DNA of 33,765 nucleotides, from assembly GCA_017998555.1 (NCBI GenBank), contig JAGOCU010000002.1, positions 1-33,765 of the forward strand, written 5' to 3'. The translations under genes were made by a program, and so were the position numbers. Positions 17,801-23,900 of this stretch are shown here, one piece after another (the first letter of the stretch is position 1; every line of letters starts with the position of its first letter). The stretch comes from Thermoflexales bacterium. Lineage in GTDB: Bacteria > Chloroflexota > Anaerolineae > J036 > Brachytrichaceae. A model generated the notes under the pieces. It was given only the letters and a program-made list of their open reading frames with translations. It did no database searches and was not told where the DNA came from.

Positions 17801-20800
17801 GAAACAGTGATGTCCAACGGGCTGCTATTGGATGCGGCCCCGCCCGGCGCGGTCGTCGTGTCGCTGAGCTATACCAACAGCCTCGGCGCGCGGGTGGCGC
17901 TGGCGCCCGGCCAGACGATTTACGATGTCCTCACCCCGACCCTGCTGATGACCTGGACGGAGGCTCTGGACGCGGGCGGGCTCGACCACTATCAGGCTGG
18001 CTGGACGGGCGGCGTGACGTTGACAGCCCTCGAACTGGCCGGGCTGCTCACGACGCCGCCTGCGACGCGCGACAACGCGCAGGCCGTGGGCGAAGCGCGC
18101 AAGGTCTACGCCCACGTCATCGCCACCGACCTCATGGGCAATCAGACCGAGAGCACGCTCGGCCCGATGTTTGTCGACTACCGCCAGACCAACGACTACA
18201 TCGCCCTAGATGACGCGGAAGGCATCTATCGCGGGTGGATGAACAGCGGATGCGCGCTGCTCGGGACGGACCTGCGGGTGAGCCGCAGCCTGCCGGAGCG
18301 CTCGCCGCTGGGCGTGCCGCAATCGTTGTTCGCGAGCTGGGACGCGAGCGCGCTGCGCCTGGCCTGGCAGGGCGCGGACTGGGATCGCGACGGCGACCTG
18401 TTCGTGTATCTGGCCGGCCCGGGCGCGGGCACAACGAGCGCTTACAACCCATACGCCCCGGACCGGGCGATCACCCTGCCCATGCAAGCCAACCGCCTGG
18501 TGTGGGTGCGCGGGGCCAATGACTGGTCGTTCCTCAACTGGACCGGATCGGAGTGGGCGGTCATCGACTGGCCGGGGCTTGACTTCCGCTTCACCCAGGC
18601 GCCCGCGTCGCCGTATACAGATCTGTTGCTTCCATTCGCCGCGCTGGGGGTGACGAATCCCGCCACCACCACGCTCGGGCTGCTTGCCCTGGCGGCCGAG
18701 GGTTCGCCGGACGGGCTGCGGGTGTGGGCGACCCTGCCACGGCGTAACGCGCTGAATGCGGCCCGCGTCGTCGGGATGACCGAGGCGGCGGCGCGCGCGA
18801 TAGATGGGCTTGGCGATCCGACCCGGGCCTATGCCCTGGCCCTGGGCGCCGATCGCTGCGCGCAGGAGGCTGTCTACAGCGGAGCCGACCTGGATATGCA
18901 CGCCAGCGCGATCCCGGCCGGACAGGCCAGCGTGTTGTATGAGGATGGCTGGACGGTGTCGGGCGGCGATCTGCAGAGCGCCTTGATCGGATCCGGAGAT
19001 GCGATTGAGTATCGCTTCGATATCGCCAACCTGGGCGTTGGGCCGGCCCTGAACGCCGCCATCGTCCTGACCGGCGACCAGGTCAACCTCGGCAACGCCG
19101 CCGTGGGCGACCATGTATGGGTGAAGACCGTTGTTCTGGGCGACATCGCGGCCGGGGCGACCCGCACGGTGACCGTGACCGGCAGCGTCGACCTGGCGGC
19201 CGGGGCGGTCCGCGGCAACCGGGTGCGCCTCGACAGCGCGCTGGTTTTTGATCACGCGGACGACGCGGGCGACCCGCTGACCTACCGGCGCAGCGAGCAT
19301 GCGGCGGACATCAGCCCGCCCACCCACCTGAAACTGCTGCCGGGCAGCGGCCTGGCCGGGTCCGGCGCGCAGACGGTCAATGGGATCGTCCACGACGATG
19401 GCGCGGTCCCGACCATCACCCTCGAGGTGAAGGCCCCTGGCGACGCTGTGACCTCTGTGGCCTGCCCGGGCGCGCTGCCGGGCGGGAGCTGGCAGTGCGG
19501 CTGGGACAGCGGGGCCAACCCGGCCAATGACGCGCTGTTCCAACTGCGGGCGCAAGCCACCGACGCGTATGGCAACGTCAGCGCCTGGACGGGCTGGACG
19601 GACGTGCGGATCGACACCCAGCCGGTCACCATCAGCCTGAGTTCGGACACCGAGGCCGGGCTGTCAGACGGCATTCTTTCGTCCGGCGAGAACTTCTTCT
19701 CGGGGCGATTGGATGACAACCGGGAGGTCAGCCGGATCGACCTGTGCGCGACGGGCGGCCTGAGTTGCGCGGCCGCTGCGTTGGTGTTTGATGAGCCGGC
19801 GGCACAGCGTCTCTACACCTTCGACGATGCGCCGGAGGCGCCCATCCCGTTTGACGTCCCGCAGCAATGCGCAATCGGTGTGCCGCTGACCCGGACCTTC
19901 ACCGTCAGCGAATCGTTCACCCTCGCGAACGTGAGCCTGGGGCTCAATGCGACGCTGGCAAACCGGGCCGCCCTGTCGGCGACGCTCCGCTCACCGGCTG
20001 GAACGCGGGTGGCGCTGCGCGCGCCGGGCGGCGCGGGCGGCAGCGATCTGGACGTGCGCTGGGATGACAGCGCGGCGATATCGTTGTCGGCCGATGGCGC
20101 CAGTCACAACACGGGCGCCCCCGACTACGACAACCCGCGCTACCCGGCCACCGCCCTGAGTGCCTTTGACGGCCAGGATGCGGCCGGGGTGTGGACGCTC
20201 AGCGTATGCGCGACCGACGGCCAGAGTGGGGCCTACAACCACGCTCAGCTCAGTCTGGAGCGTCAGAGCGTCGCCGTAAACCGCGGCGCGAGCTGGTCCC
20301 ACACCGTGCCCCTGCCCGAGCCGGCGGACGGTCTGTCGCAGACATTGGTGCTGAATGCCTTTGACCTCCTGGGCAATCGGACCGGGCCGCTGACCTTCTC
20401 CTTCCTCGTGGACAACGTCGCGCCGGTGTTGACCCTGACGGAGGCGGCGGCCACGCTGCCCTTCACCCTCGGCACGGCCGCGCTGCCGGTGCTGACCGGG
20501 ACGGTGCTGGACGGCGGGCACGTCAAGAGCGTGTTCGTGACCGTGCGCGCGCCGTCGGGAGAGGTCAGCGCCGAGTTGACCTCGGGCGGAACGCTCGCCG
20601 CCACAAATCGGCCGGAAGCGGCGATCCCGTGGCGCTACGACTTGCAGCCCAACCAATCCGGCGTGTATGGATTGTCGGTTACCGCCGTCGACGATGCGGG
20701 CAACAGCGTCACGATTGGCGCCTACGAGATCACGGTGACGGTCCTGACTGTGCCCGACGTGGTGATCTACCGGGCCAACCTGCCGCTCATCACGGGTGGT

Positions 20801-20968
20801 CCGGCCCCGGCCTTGCAACTGCCGGCCTTGGAGCCGGAGACATCGGTCCCGAATCCGCTGCTGATGGCCGGAGCATCTCCCCCGCGTCCAAGACCACGCT
20901 GGGGCGCCTGGCTGCTCACAAACAAATCTGAACCGCTCTTCGCGCGAATCGGGGGAAGCCATGAGTAA
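5804..20968 (+). CDS. Giant (~5,054 aa) membrane-anchored mosaic surface protein: TSP3 Ca-binding repeats, 5 LamG_3 domains, beta/gamma-crystallin insert, LVIVD beta-propeller, Ig-like/CARDB-like domains, P-domain
   Basis: One uninterrupted ORF (track: 5792..20968 from TTG). I prefer ATG at 5804, which gives MRKQRLLIPVLILVAAGLAAFGGRAMA, a signal-peptide/anchor-like N-terminus. High third-position GC throughout, and many recognisable extracellular modules (see sub-features). The stop TAA at 20966-20968 overlaps the next gene's start. Confidence 0.9.
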   Translation: MRKQRLLIPVLILVAAGLAAFGGRAMASYVPAPPAAPPSAAAQLETAWQNAKAAGRYRYGAEVAQTTHPTARFENQGLSSKTQHFRLDGAIDLPAQTMDLKIWTGEGSVDSEADALQLKVADGKSLGRTGVGAWHELEDASALFAPEHDALSFLVAARNVAVAGTGSSAGIGYTRYAFTVDGPAYAEYMRGRMDDELRRRGKLPAQFNTSVIRQYVDMTSSGEIWVSDAGLPVREIVRMSFPPQGLEWVDAEISTDFTDWGETRLALGGPGDVLSPSQVLERALTPATVAGLSQAATLATIALGLAAFLLLLTRYGGSRRVYRMVVVSVIGAMLFGPLLQTRQVSAFIDDQQAARTRADERAGAEAQQQRLETVLNANDFDPNVPPLMAVADRQEAERQFALAGGSPSRFVADAGDPEPDDTAVYNGCEKTSDDADPDNDGLSNIQEEALGTDPCDPDSDNDGIPDGAEVVGFSLGGLRFYLDPQSVDSDRDGIPDSMECDFLEMNADPAKWGRAELTGPFKIWERQSNPLTAKSCEDTDADGLPDVWDDDSDGDGVPDGIDLAPTTVLAGGYAGGAPAGFANQSFDLAIKSPTPGKPLMVEFQLRPANPDHLFLRQNVLDWAKDDRKGQVQRVKDSTYGASGRDANGNMRLNPYLEIKVTLTNGTGDGLPVKAGYNQRPITRQTPLAQWLDREALSSFGISVKSVDTAGNLVVYVPIQVVRDSVGTKPVAFSATMFYRPGAAADWTSQAKLVWLIEAMTDYCDTSDADPKGDADAYDKWCAGTTHWKTVPDQVIHAYYDDWFMTGMSLREDRGVKVGVLFEDPTYASTHDFNASNYYEDNLWQLSDNIEGSFLAGRAGMSVDELKKRFDDGSPYADGAKELWGFPKGMFRVVTYALESQAMMPVMAMTNTPALLNRYFTPTAALIDAPTLLFAREETFRALAQEPAGRSVASRLEFNLSETMLPAQTMGSLNWAPYRYKGARVWEPYPIADYIDRLHARLGPLFSDEDEFKDKYVLAGALLNADAMFVARFMGATSVVRVGAEAVTNADVAEKDDSLTAKITGQIPKLGKKAKKQVLDLAKKRSTIEFAAKRGFSGGITPQSSVHRTSKYLETIGQGAYGKNLGAKPKLKKGANTTKKQIAKDFAVVAITAGLMAGANYGAQKGGAGGTGKTGGTLVAIAKSVNDIKKAATDVRDAYKAVKTAKASYGSISAAAKAAPKVLKNVKAGTAAIGLVIEVGVAVGMFFLESADMKPGSDAYDQAVVMLVATIIVAVIMTVIAAIPIVGQLIAAVIALIDVIAGAICKALGVEADPNGNSAKDWLCNGLTGLLTKAVAKFIFSSNPIVNLNDESRRVVGGMQQDLTDPSKGFQEGNGLKVSFKITSTIVPNEPNSWMAEIYSYHYEDYYLVQTEMVYALQLQDAELHNGLRTTSNGLWRYWKKNASTGRFYTVAQPSVSITLTHAGLNQPTRMRLAEGVAINKQKCGYFIFTVVCWLTDESKTTGIPIDDMQLDVFPNTFAKFYNLVDRGNDSYALSWDPSFPTLCDADGDGLRSKACGGGDPNDRNPDSDNDGLSDFDEIVTFGTNPINADTDADGLTDYFEVRSNSDPLQADSDGDGLFDCEEVAHRVTVVDSANLCGSVGAWSGGWLFIYAFNAANQPLRTRVLPNPDSVDSDGDGILDNKERIYGFNPQVYSRLDVLSLNAEVFEDGAQTDGFVGPGQTLTYTARLKNFLNDKFGQGLLDVVFPAAVASVDLLPQAFVLQPRQTVTKTGRLTVSPSITATQQLTLTNRAGAEITDLYGNSNEVRTLWLHFDESAGATTFVDSSVNQNTPGCAACPLSGQPGVVGQGLLFSGTQYISGTTMSGIQLLDSSYSVAVWVSVSQPISGVVMQIGSVAGGDRDLLQISNGRPSIYALRCYYVGCYGNIGTAAFMSATAPLPVNQWHEIVFRYDKDKQEYAIFVDGRLDVAIAGMRALRAAGPVFIGSGFKGNLDELQVFNRALSDVEIGARASAPALRLKFDGDFKDASPFKQAAVTRKAGQPLNYPCCDYDDTASKTRISFGSGKSGSAARFYGWYYGTAYDTGYIARNGRWINDGYSNAPVVAVPANSSLDLSGGRFTQAFWIDPSIKPYMDFEYYTYDHPGQDSALLHSETAPENARVGVLGGESVYQNDPEYRYPFVELVGPNARFPVSGNPGLRLRLGFSNVCVAESAPLIFEGDFQHVVISFDNGVYTIYKNGVLQQTLPLPAGCQKPASINYISNALIGRSREAYKASTDKIREVRLYTQTNYTGAYISTSMDLASVVYGVTAKSVKLINTCARLYSANFYTGTTELLCSDVPDMSGHATNNAIRSVEFGPRARAFNGRLDDVRIYRSVFSGADALDLYNESLRPVELSLDESPGTKRFRDNSFSDNSVTCDYAGGRCPTSGLGGRVSQAARFDGVNDTLTLGPGAVSLSSGSFGVAAWVKTSAAGTQIIAQQRGPIPDRDAYLLEVNGGKAHWMSTSGGASSPAFNLTSTVTITDDQWHHVMGSGGGNQAQIYVDGVEVATNLSVPGIAFATNALSVTIGGDLLSNRRYFNGLLDDVKIVRDEATSGAGVQTLLDAAPNLSLHLDDADGARVFADDTRLHLDGGCFGAACPQPGAFGQVRGAATFDGIDDIITVPDTSTLRLRTFSIGLWVRPTEIRSGRQTLVNRGGYSEACSQDANDKNRNYYIGIEPMSMTLRFLAGQTPYVFPGAPDPGKPEACATLAPLFNLTTTKKLNLKQWNHVMGTFDGRIARLYVNGSLAASSPAVNPAAVMPIMPNAPVEIGRLFNPSSFDLPFRGELDELSIYGSDLSARTIKQVYDYQAAWFDFSMGTRLTVDAERPAVKIDLNVPRIKLAQDTVLCALASDASSGVRSIEYSENGALWKSADIGAGYAAVITSTDGNGATITRTTTTAGSQRSAAGCFVTPIVSSAGVKTMYARATDAVGLTRTTTVTFSVDGAGPVVALAASLQAAPRSAVSNTVLLTGTATDATGGVGSVTVALIDETGAGTSGAVTATLTAGGWMADYAFSFAPHGAYTVALRAADDVGNVTLRSSDRIAIDGAGPLADLTYTGPSTRSLAGLGDQLPVIAGTVADVPYPSNAMLHLHFEEAAGAPSYADGSTHRRDAVCASTCGQAPGLLGQAVQLGAASALTVNEPITVSDFTLALWVKPQTTQSANLIARRAGASVQFQLRINAAGAFEAYASDGGPQVISGTTPIVANTWYHVAAMATSQGALRLFVNGVEERAGVSMGNLADAGNEYLLGGLTPGAAAPFAGLLDEVLVYDYALRHDQIFAIARSTASGAQSVDVGLRHVKDFTDDAAIAWYPALMAPAGQIFGTWSFTLPEGVEGPFDIALRARDALGNERTALAAWSGEVDTLAPRVLLTTTIEGGRVRYTTTAQDYNLAAQGFNSACGADVTTGRRLYEADWYTRVISPDKGDIKEPEQTALRGKLFELSASCLLDAPPSMAETGVAPMFYPRAVVANANALYAFDIGVRVIAYDVSNPDRPIQQGAWPMPGAAGRLALTGNLLLASTGSGIAIASIAAPLQPISLGSVALTNVTYIEDIAVAGQYAYAVAGQSGLRVIDLANPAAPVEIGALNTFSHATSVAVSGTQAVVADWYGRLRIVDITSPAAPVEIGHFDVPGFLTSVALRGSLAYVASYRGLEIVDISNPAATVLVGQRALPGHGVRVVISGTDAIVGLLDSGVAIVDVSDPSAPLLSRAFDTPGRAIDVAPRGGRIYVANLSDIRVLNPLLRPASIAVDTAGNVGRLVLPALTKAQLAQLNANPEAPSVESDALSLQINSIPPLLSGAPYTLAGLAASTDGASLRTLSATVDGALIYTQSWTPGAALGIAWSGAWTPTGEGAHVVVLRAVDWVGASAEETATLFVDTLAPALGLSTTLFGPSQFGAQGAIDLRGSASDGSGIRDVIVRVDGQSLTATLDGANGWTARWQTGLAALPDGLSVPVVVTATDTVGRETVMSNGLLLDAAPPGAVVVSLSYTNSLGARVALAPGQTIYDVLTPTLLMTWTEALDAGGLDHYQAGWTGGVTLTALELAGLLTTPPATRDNAQAVGEARKVYAHVIATDLMGNQTESTLGPMFVDYRQTNDYIALDDAEGIYRGWMNSGCALLGTDLRVSRSLPERSPLGVPQSLFASWDASALRLAWQGADWDRDGDLFVYLAGPGAGTTSAYNPYAPDRAITLPMQANRLVWVRGANDWSFLNWTGSEWAVIDWPGLDFRFTQAPASPYTDLLLPFAALGVTNPATTTLGLLALAAEGSPDGLRVWATLPRRNALNAARVVGMTEAAARAIDGLGDPTRAYALALGADRCAQEAVYSGADLDMHASAIPAGQASVLYEDGWTVSGGDLQSALIGSGDAIEYRFDIANLGVGPALNAAIVLTGDQVNLGNAAVGDHVWVKTVVLGDIAAGATRTVTVTGSVDLAAGAVRGNRVRLDSALVFDHADDAGDPLTYRRSEHAADISPPTHLKLLPGSGLAGSGAQTVNGIVHDDGAVPTITLEVKAPGDAVTSVACPGALPGGSWQCGWDSGANPANDALFQLRAQATDAYGNVSAWTGWTDVRIDTQPVTISLSSDTEAGLSDGILSSGENFFSGRLDDNREVSRIDLCATGGLSCAAAALVFDEPAAQRLYTFDDAPEAPIPFDVPQQCAIGVPLTRTFTVSESFTLANVSLGLNATLANRAALSATLRSPAGTRVALRAPGGAGGSDLDVRWDDSAAISLSADGASHNTGAPDYDNPRYPATALSAFDGQDAAGVWTLSVCATDGQSGAYNHAQLSLERQSVAVNRGASWSHTVPLPEPADGLSQTLVLNAFDLLGNRTGPLTFSFLVDNVAPVLTLTEAAATLPFTLGTAALPVLTGTVLDGGHVKSVFVTVRAPSGEVSAELTSGGTLAATNRPEAAIPWRYDLQPNQSGVYGLSVTAVDDAGNSVTIGAYEITVTVLTVPDVVIYRANLPLITGGPAPALQLPALEPETSVPNPLLMAGASPPRPRPRWGAWLLTNKSEPLFARIGGSHE
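6680..6825 (+). other. Predicted transmembrane hairpin (2 TM helices) ~300 aa into the giant protein
   Basis: LSQAATLATIALGLAAFLLLLT - RYGGSRRVYR - MVVVSVIGAMLFGPLL. Two hydrophobic ~20-aa stretches are separated by an Arg-rich loop (positive-inside pattern). Confidence 0.6.
7100..7490 (+). other. Thrombospondin type-3-like calcium-binding repeat cluster 1 (about 5 DxDxDGxxDxxE units)
   Basis: DADPDNDGLSNIQE, DPDSDNDGIPDGAE, SVDSDRDGIPDSME, DTDADGLPDVWD, DDSDGDGVPDGID. Confidence 0.75.
8985..9725 (+). other. Lys/Ala-rich low-complexity segment followed by a cluster of 3-4 predicted TM helices, inside the giant protein
   Basis: KITGQIPKLGKKAKKQVLDLAKKRS...KPKLKKGANTTKKQIAKDF; weak TM DFAVVAITAGLMAGANYG (9233-9286); KAATDVRDAYKAVKTAKASYGSISAAAKAAPKVLKNVKAG; TM AAIGLVIEVGVAVGMFFL (about 9482-9545); then AVVMLVATIIVAVIMTVIAAIPIVGQLIAAVIALIDVIAGAICKAL (about 9587-9723, two helices). 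Local GC is visibly lower because of AAG/AAA codons. Confidence 0.6.
10430..10870 (+). other. Thrombospondin type-3-like calcium-binding repeat cluster 2 (about 5 units)
   Basis: CDADGDGLRSKAC, NPDSDNDGLSDFDE, NADTDADGLTDYFE, QADSDGDGLFDCEE, SVDSDGDGILDNKE. Confidence 0.75.
11220..15760 (+). other. Array of five LamG_3 / concanavalin-A-like lectin domains interspersed with Ig-like domains
   Basis: Each unit starts like LWLHFDE.aG...f.D.S and contains an F(S/T)..(A/L)W(V/I) strand and a WHH(V)/WHE(I) strand. Each ends with the LamG_3 tail: FKGNLDELQVFNRALS, FNGRLDDVRIYRSVFS, FNGLLDDVKIVRDEAT, FRGELDELSIYGSDLS, FAGLLDEVLVYDYALR. Confidence 0.75.
12630..12865 (+). other. Beta/gamma-crystallin-like double Greek-key domain nested inside the second LamG domain
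   Basis: VRLYTQTNYTGAYISTSMDLASVVYGVTAKSVKL and ARLYSANFYTGTTELLCSDVPDMSGHATNNAIRSVEF. Both carry the Y-x4-Y-x-G signature followed by a conserved Ser. The segment sits between the LamG IG.. strand (ALIGRS) and the LamG tail FNGRLDDVRIY. Confidence 0.55.
16290..17140 (+). other. LVIVD-repeat beta-propeller (about 7 blades)
   Basis: VRVIAYDVSNPDRPIQQG, GIAIASIAAPLQPISLG, LRVIDLANPAAPVEIG, LRIVDITSPAAPVEIG, LEIVDISNPAATVLVG, VAIVDVSDPSAPLLSR, IRVLNPLL. Each is preceded by a ...YAYVA/AVVAD-type strand. Confidence 0.75.
19870..20260 (+). other. Proprotein-convertase P-domain-like module (no adjacent subtilase domain)
   Basis: FTVSESFTLANVSLGLNATLANRAALSATLRSPAGTRVALRAPGG..DLDVRWDDSAA...LSAFDGQDAAGVWTLSVCATDGQSGAYNHAQLSL follows the P-domain pattern (i.dv.v.l.i.H....dL...L.SP.Gt...L....g......fdD.a......f.G....G.WtL.v.D......G.l..w.L). 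Confidence 0.6.
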
Positions 20969-23900
20969 TCGCAATCACACCGGTCTCGGCGCGCTGATCG
21001 GGATGACGGCGCTGGCGGGCGGCCTGGCGGCCGCGGCCTCGCTGCTGATGGGTGCCGCCCCTGTCCAACGGGCCAGCGCGAGCGCGCCCGAGCGCGCCGC
21101 CAGCACCCGGGTCGTGACCAGCACCGCGGACGGCGGGGCGGGCAGCCTGCGCGAGGCCATGGCCGCGGCGAGCGCCGGCGACCTGATCCAGTTCGCCTTG
21201 GCGTCCAACGCCGTGATCAGCATCAATTCAACGATCATTGCCGCTGTCAATGCAACCATCGACGGAGCGGGCCAATCGGTGACCGTGCATGGCCAGAACG
21301 CAGTGCGCGTGCTGGACATCAACCCGAGCGTGACGTTGACGCTGACCAGAATGACGCTGGAAGGAGGACGCGCCAGCGGGCATGGCGGGGCCGCGCGTAA
21401 TCTGGGCATTCTTCTGATCGATCACAGCGTGATTCGAAACAGCAGCGCTACCGGCGACGGCGGCAACATCTACAACGCGGGCATTTTGCGGATCGCCTAC
21501 AGCGAGATTGTGGCGGGTAGCGCCGTCACCGGCGCGGGTGGCGGCATCGCCAACGCTGTGGGCGGCTCTGCAGTGATCTTGAACGGCCTCTTTCACAGCA
21601 ATGCCGCCCAGTCATCGGCGATCAGCAACCTGGGAGTGGCGGAGGTACGCAACACCAGCTTCTACTACAACAATGTCATCAGCAGCGCCATCCCTGGCGC
21701 CACATCGGGCATTTCCACGAGTGGCATCCTCACGATCGTAAACAGCACGATTGCGGCGGTTGGCGGGTTTGGCTTAAACACCACGGGCGGGACGGCGACC
21801 CTGCTTAACACCAGCATGGCGGACGGCGTCGCCTGTGGCGGAACCCAGCCCATCGACGGAGGCGGGAACCTGGATGTCGGCAACACGTGCGGCTTTGCGG
21901 TTGGGGCGCCGAAGTACTCCCTGATCAACACAAGCCCTGGAGTGGATTTTGGCGATGTCTACCTGAGTCCGCTGCCTGGCGGGGCAGTCATCGACGCGGG
22001 CCAGAACGGGGCCGTTGGCGCGGACACGCTGGATGCGCTCGGGCAGCCGCGAATCCGAAATGGGCGGGTCGATATTGGGGCGACGGAGTACCTCCAGCCC
22101 TTTGTGTGTTCGGGCATCTTCGCGCCGGGCAGCCCGATCTTCAACCGCACGGATCCGGGCAATCCGCCGACGGCGTTGGCGCCCGGCCCCGGCACGGCCG
22201 CCTACCATCGTCCGATGACGTTCACGGTGTCCTCCACCGGCTTGTACTCGATGGCGATGTCGGGCGGGATGGATGGGTTTTACGCGTTGTATCAAGGCAG
22301 CTTCAATCCCGGCGCGCCGCTCTCCAACGTGCTTGAAGCGACCGACGACATTATCGGCGCCAATCCGGCCATCTACCGCGCCATGACGGCCGGCACCCAG
22401 TATGTACTGGTCGCGACGACCTACTTCGACTATGAGACGGGCTCATATACCAACACCCTTGACGGTCAAGGTGCCGTCCTCGGCGATTGTCCGCGGATCG
22501 TGACCAGCGGCGCGGACAGCGGTCCGGGCAGCCTGCGCGCCGCGCTCGCTGCAGCGAGCGCTGGCGACGCGATCGGCTTCGCCCTGCCAGGCAACTCGGT
22601 CATCACCCTCACCTCGACCCTGACGGTCAACGTGGCCGGAACCATCGACGGATCGGGGCAATCCGTGAAGTTGTATGGCGTCGATCCGGTTCCCTCGCTC
22701 CTTATCAATCCGGGCGTCGCTCTGACGTTGACCGGGTTTGACTACGCGAGCGGCGGCGGGAGCATCGACGCTTCGATTTTCAACTCGGGCACGCTATCGC
22801 TTTCGCATGTGGACCTGGGTGTAGTCAACGCCGCAATCGTCAACGCGGGCACGCTCAACTACAGTGACGGGATCAATCAGGGCACCAATAACAGCAATAT
22901 CACCAACACGGTGGGAGGCTTGGCGACCTTCTCACGGGTTGCCTTCATCAGCCAGGCACCGGCCATCGTCAACCAGGGCGCGGCCACGGTTCGAAACTCG
23001 GTGTTCGTCTATGGCATCGGCGACGCGATCACGGCGACGCTGGGCATCTCGAATAGCGGCGCGCTCACGGTTGTGAACAGCACCTTCGGGGTCCAGAGCG
23101 GGATACAGATCTTCAACGCGGGTGGAACGGCAACGCTGTACAACACGATTCTGGCTGGTGACACTGTCAGCACGACGGTGAACTGCGCGGGTATCGCGCC
23201 GATCGACGGCGGCGGGAACCTTGACAGCGGCCACTCCTGCGGGTTCACGTCTGGAGCGCCGAAGTACTCGATCATCAACATGGATCCGTTGATCGATGGC
23301 GGCGACATCTACCTGCGCCTCTTGGCGGGCAGCCCGGCCATCGACGCTGGGCAGAACGCGGCTGTGGGGGGCGACACGATGGACGCGCTTGGGCAGCCTC
23401 GGATCCGGAACGGGCGAGTCGACATCGGGGCGACGGAGTATGTCCAGCCCTTCGTGTGCTCGGGGGTCTTCGCGCCGGGCGGGCCGACCTACAACCGGTC
23501 GGCGATCGGCAATCCGCCGGTAGGTCTGGCGTCCGGCCCTGGCACGAGCGTCTTTTATCGCCCCATCACCTTCTCGGTCTCATCCAGCGGCCCGTATTCG
23601 CTGGTGATGTCGGGCGGGCTGGATGGGTTTTACACGTTGTATCAGGGTGGCTTCAACCCTGGCGCGCCTCTCGTCAATGCGCTCGAGGCGGTCGACGACT
23701 TCGTCGGGTTGAATCCGGCCATCTACCGGATTCTGATCGCCGGGACGCAATACGTGCTTGTGTCGACGACCTACACCGACAATGCGACCGGCGCCTTCAC
23801 CGATAGCATCGACGGGCCCGGCGCTGCGCTTGGGTCTTGCAACCCGGTCGCGACGGCGCCGCCAACGCCCACGCCGACCAGCACGCCCACCCATACACCG

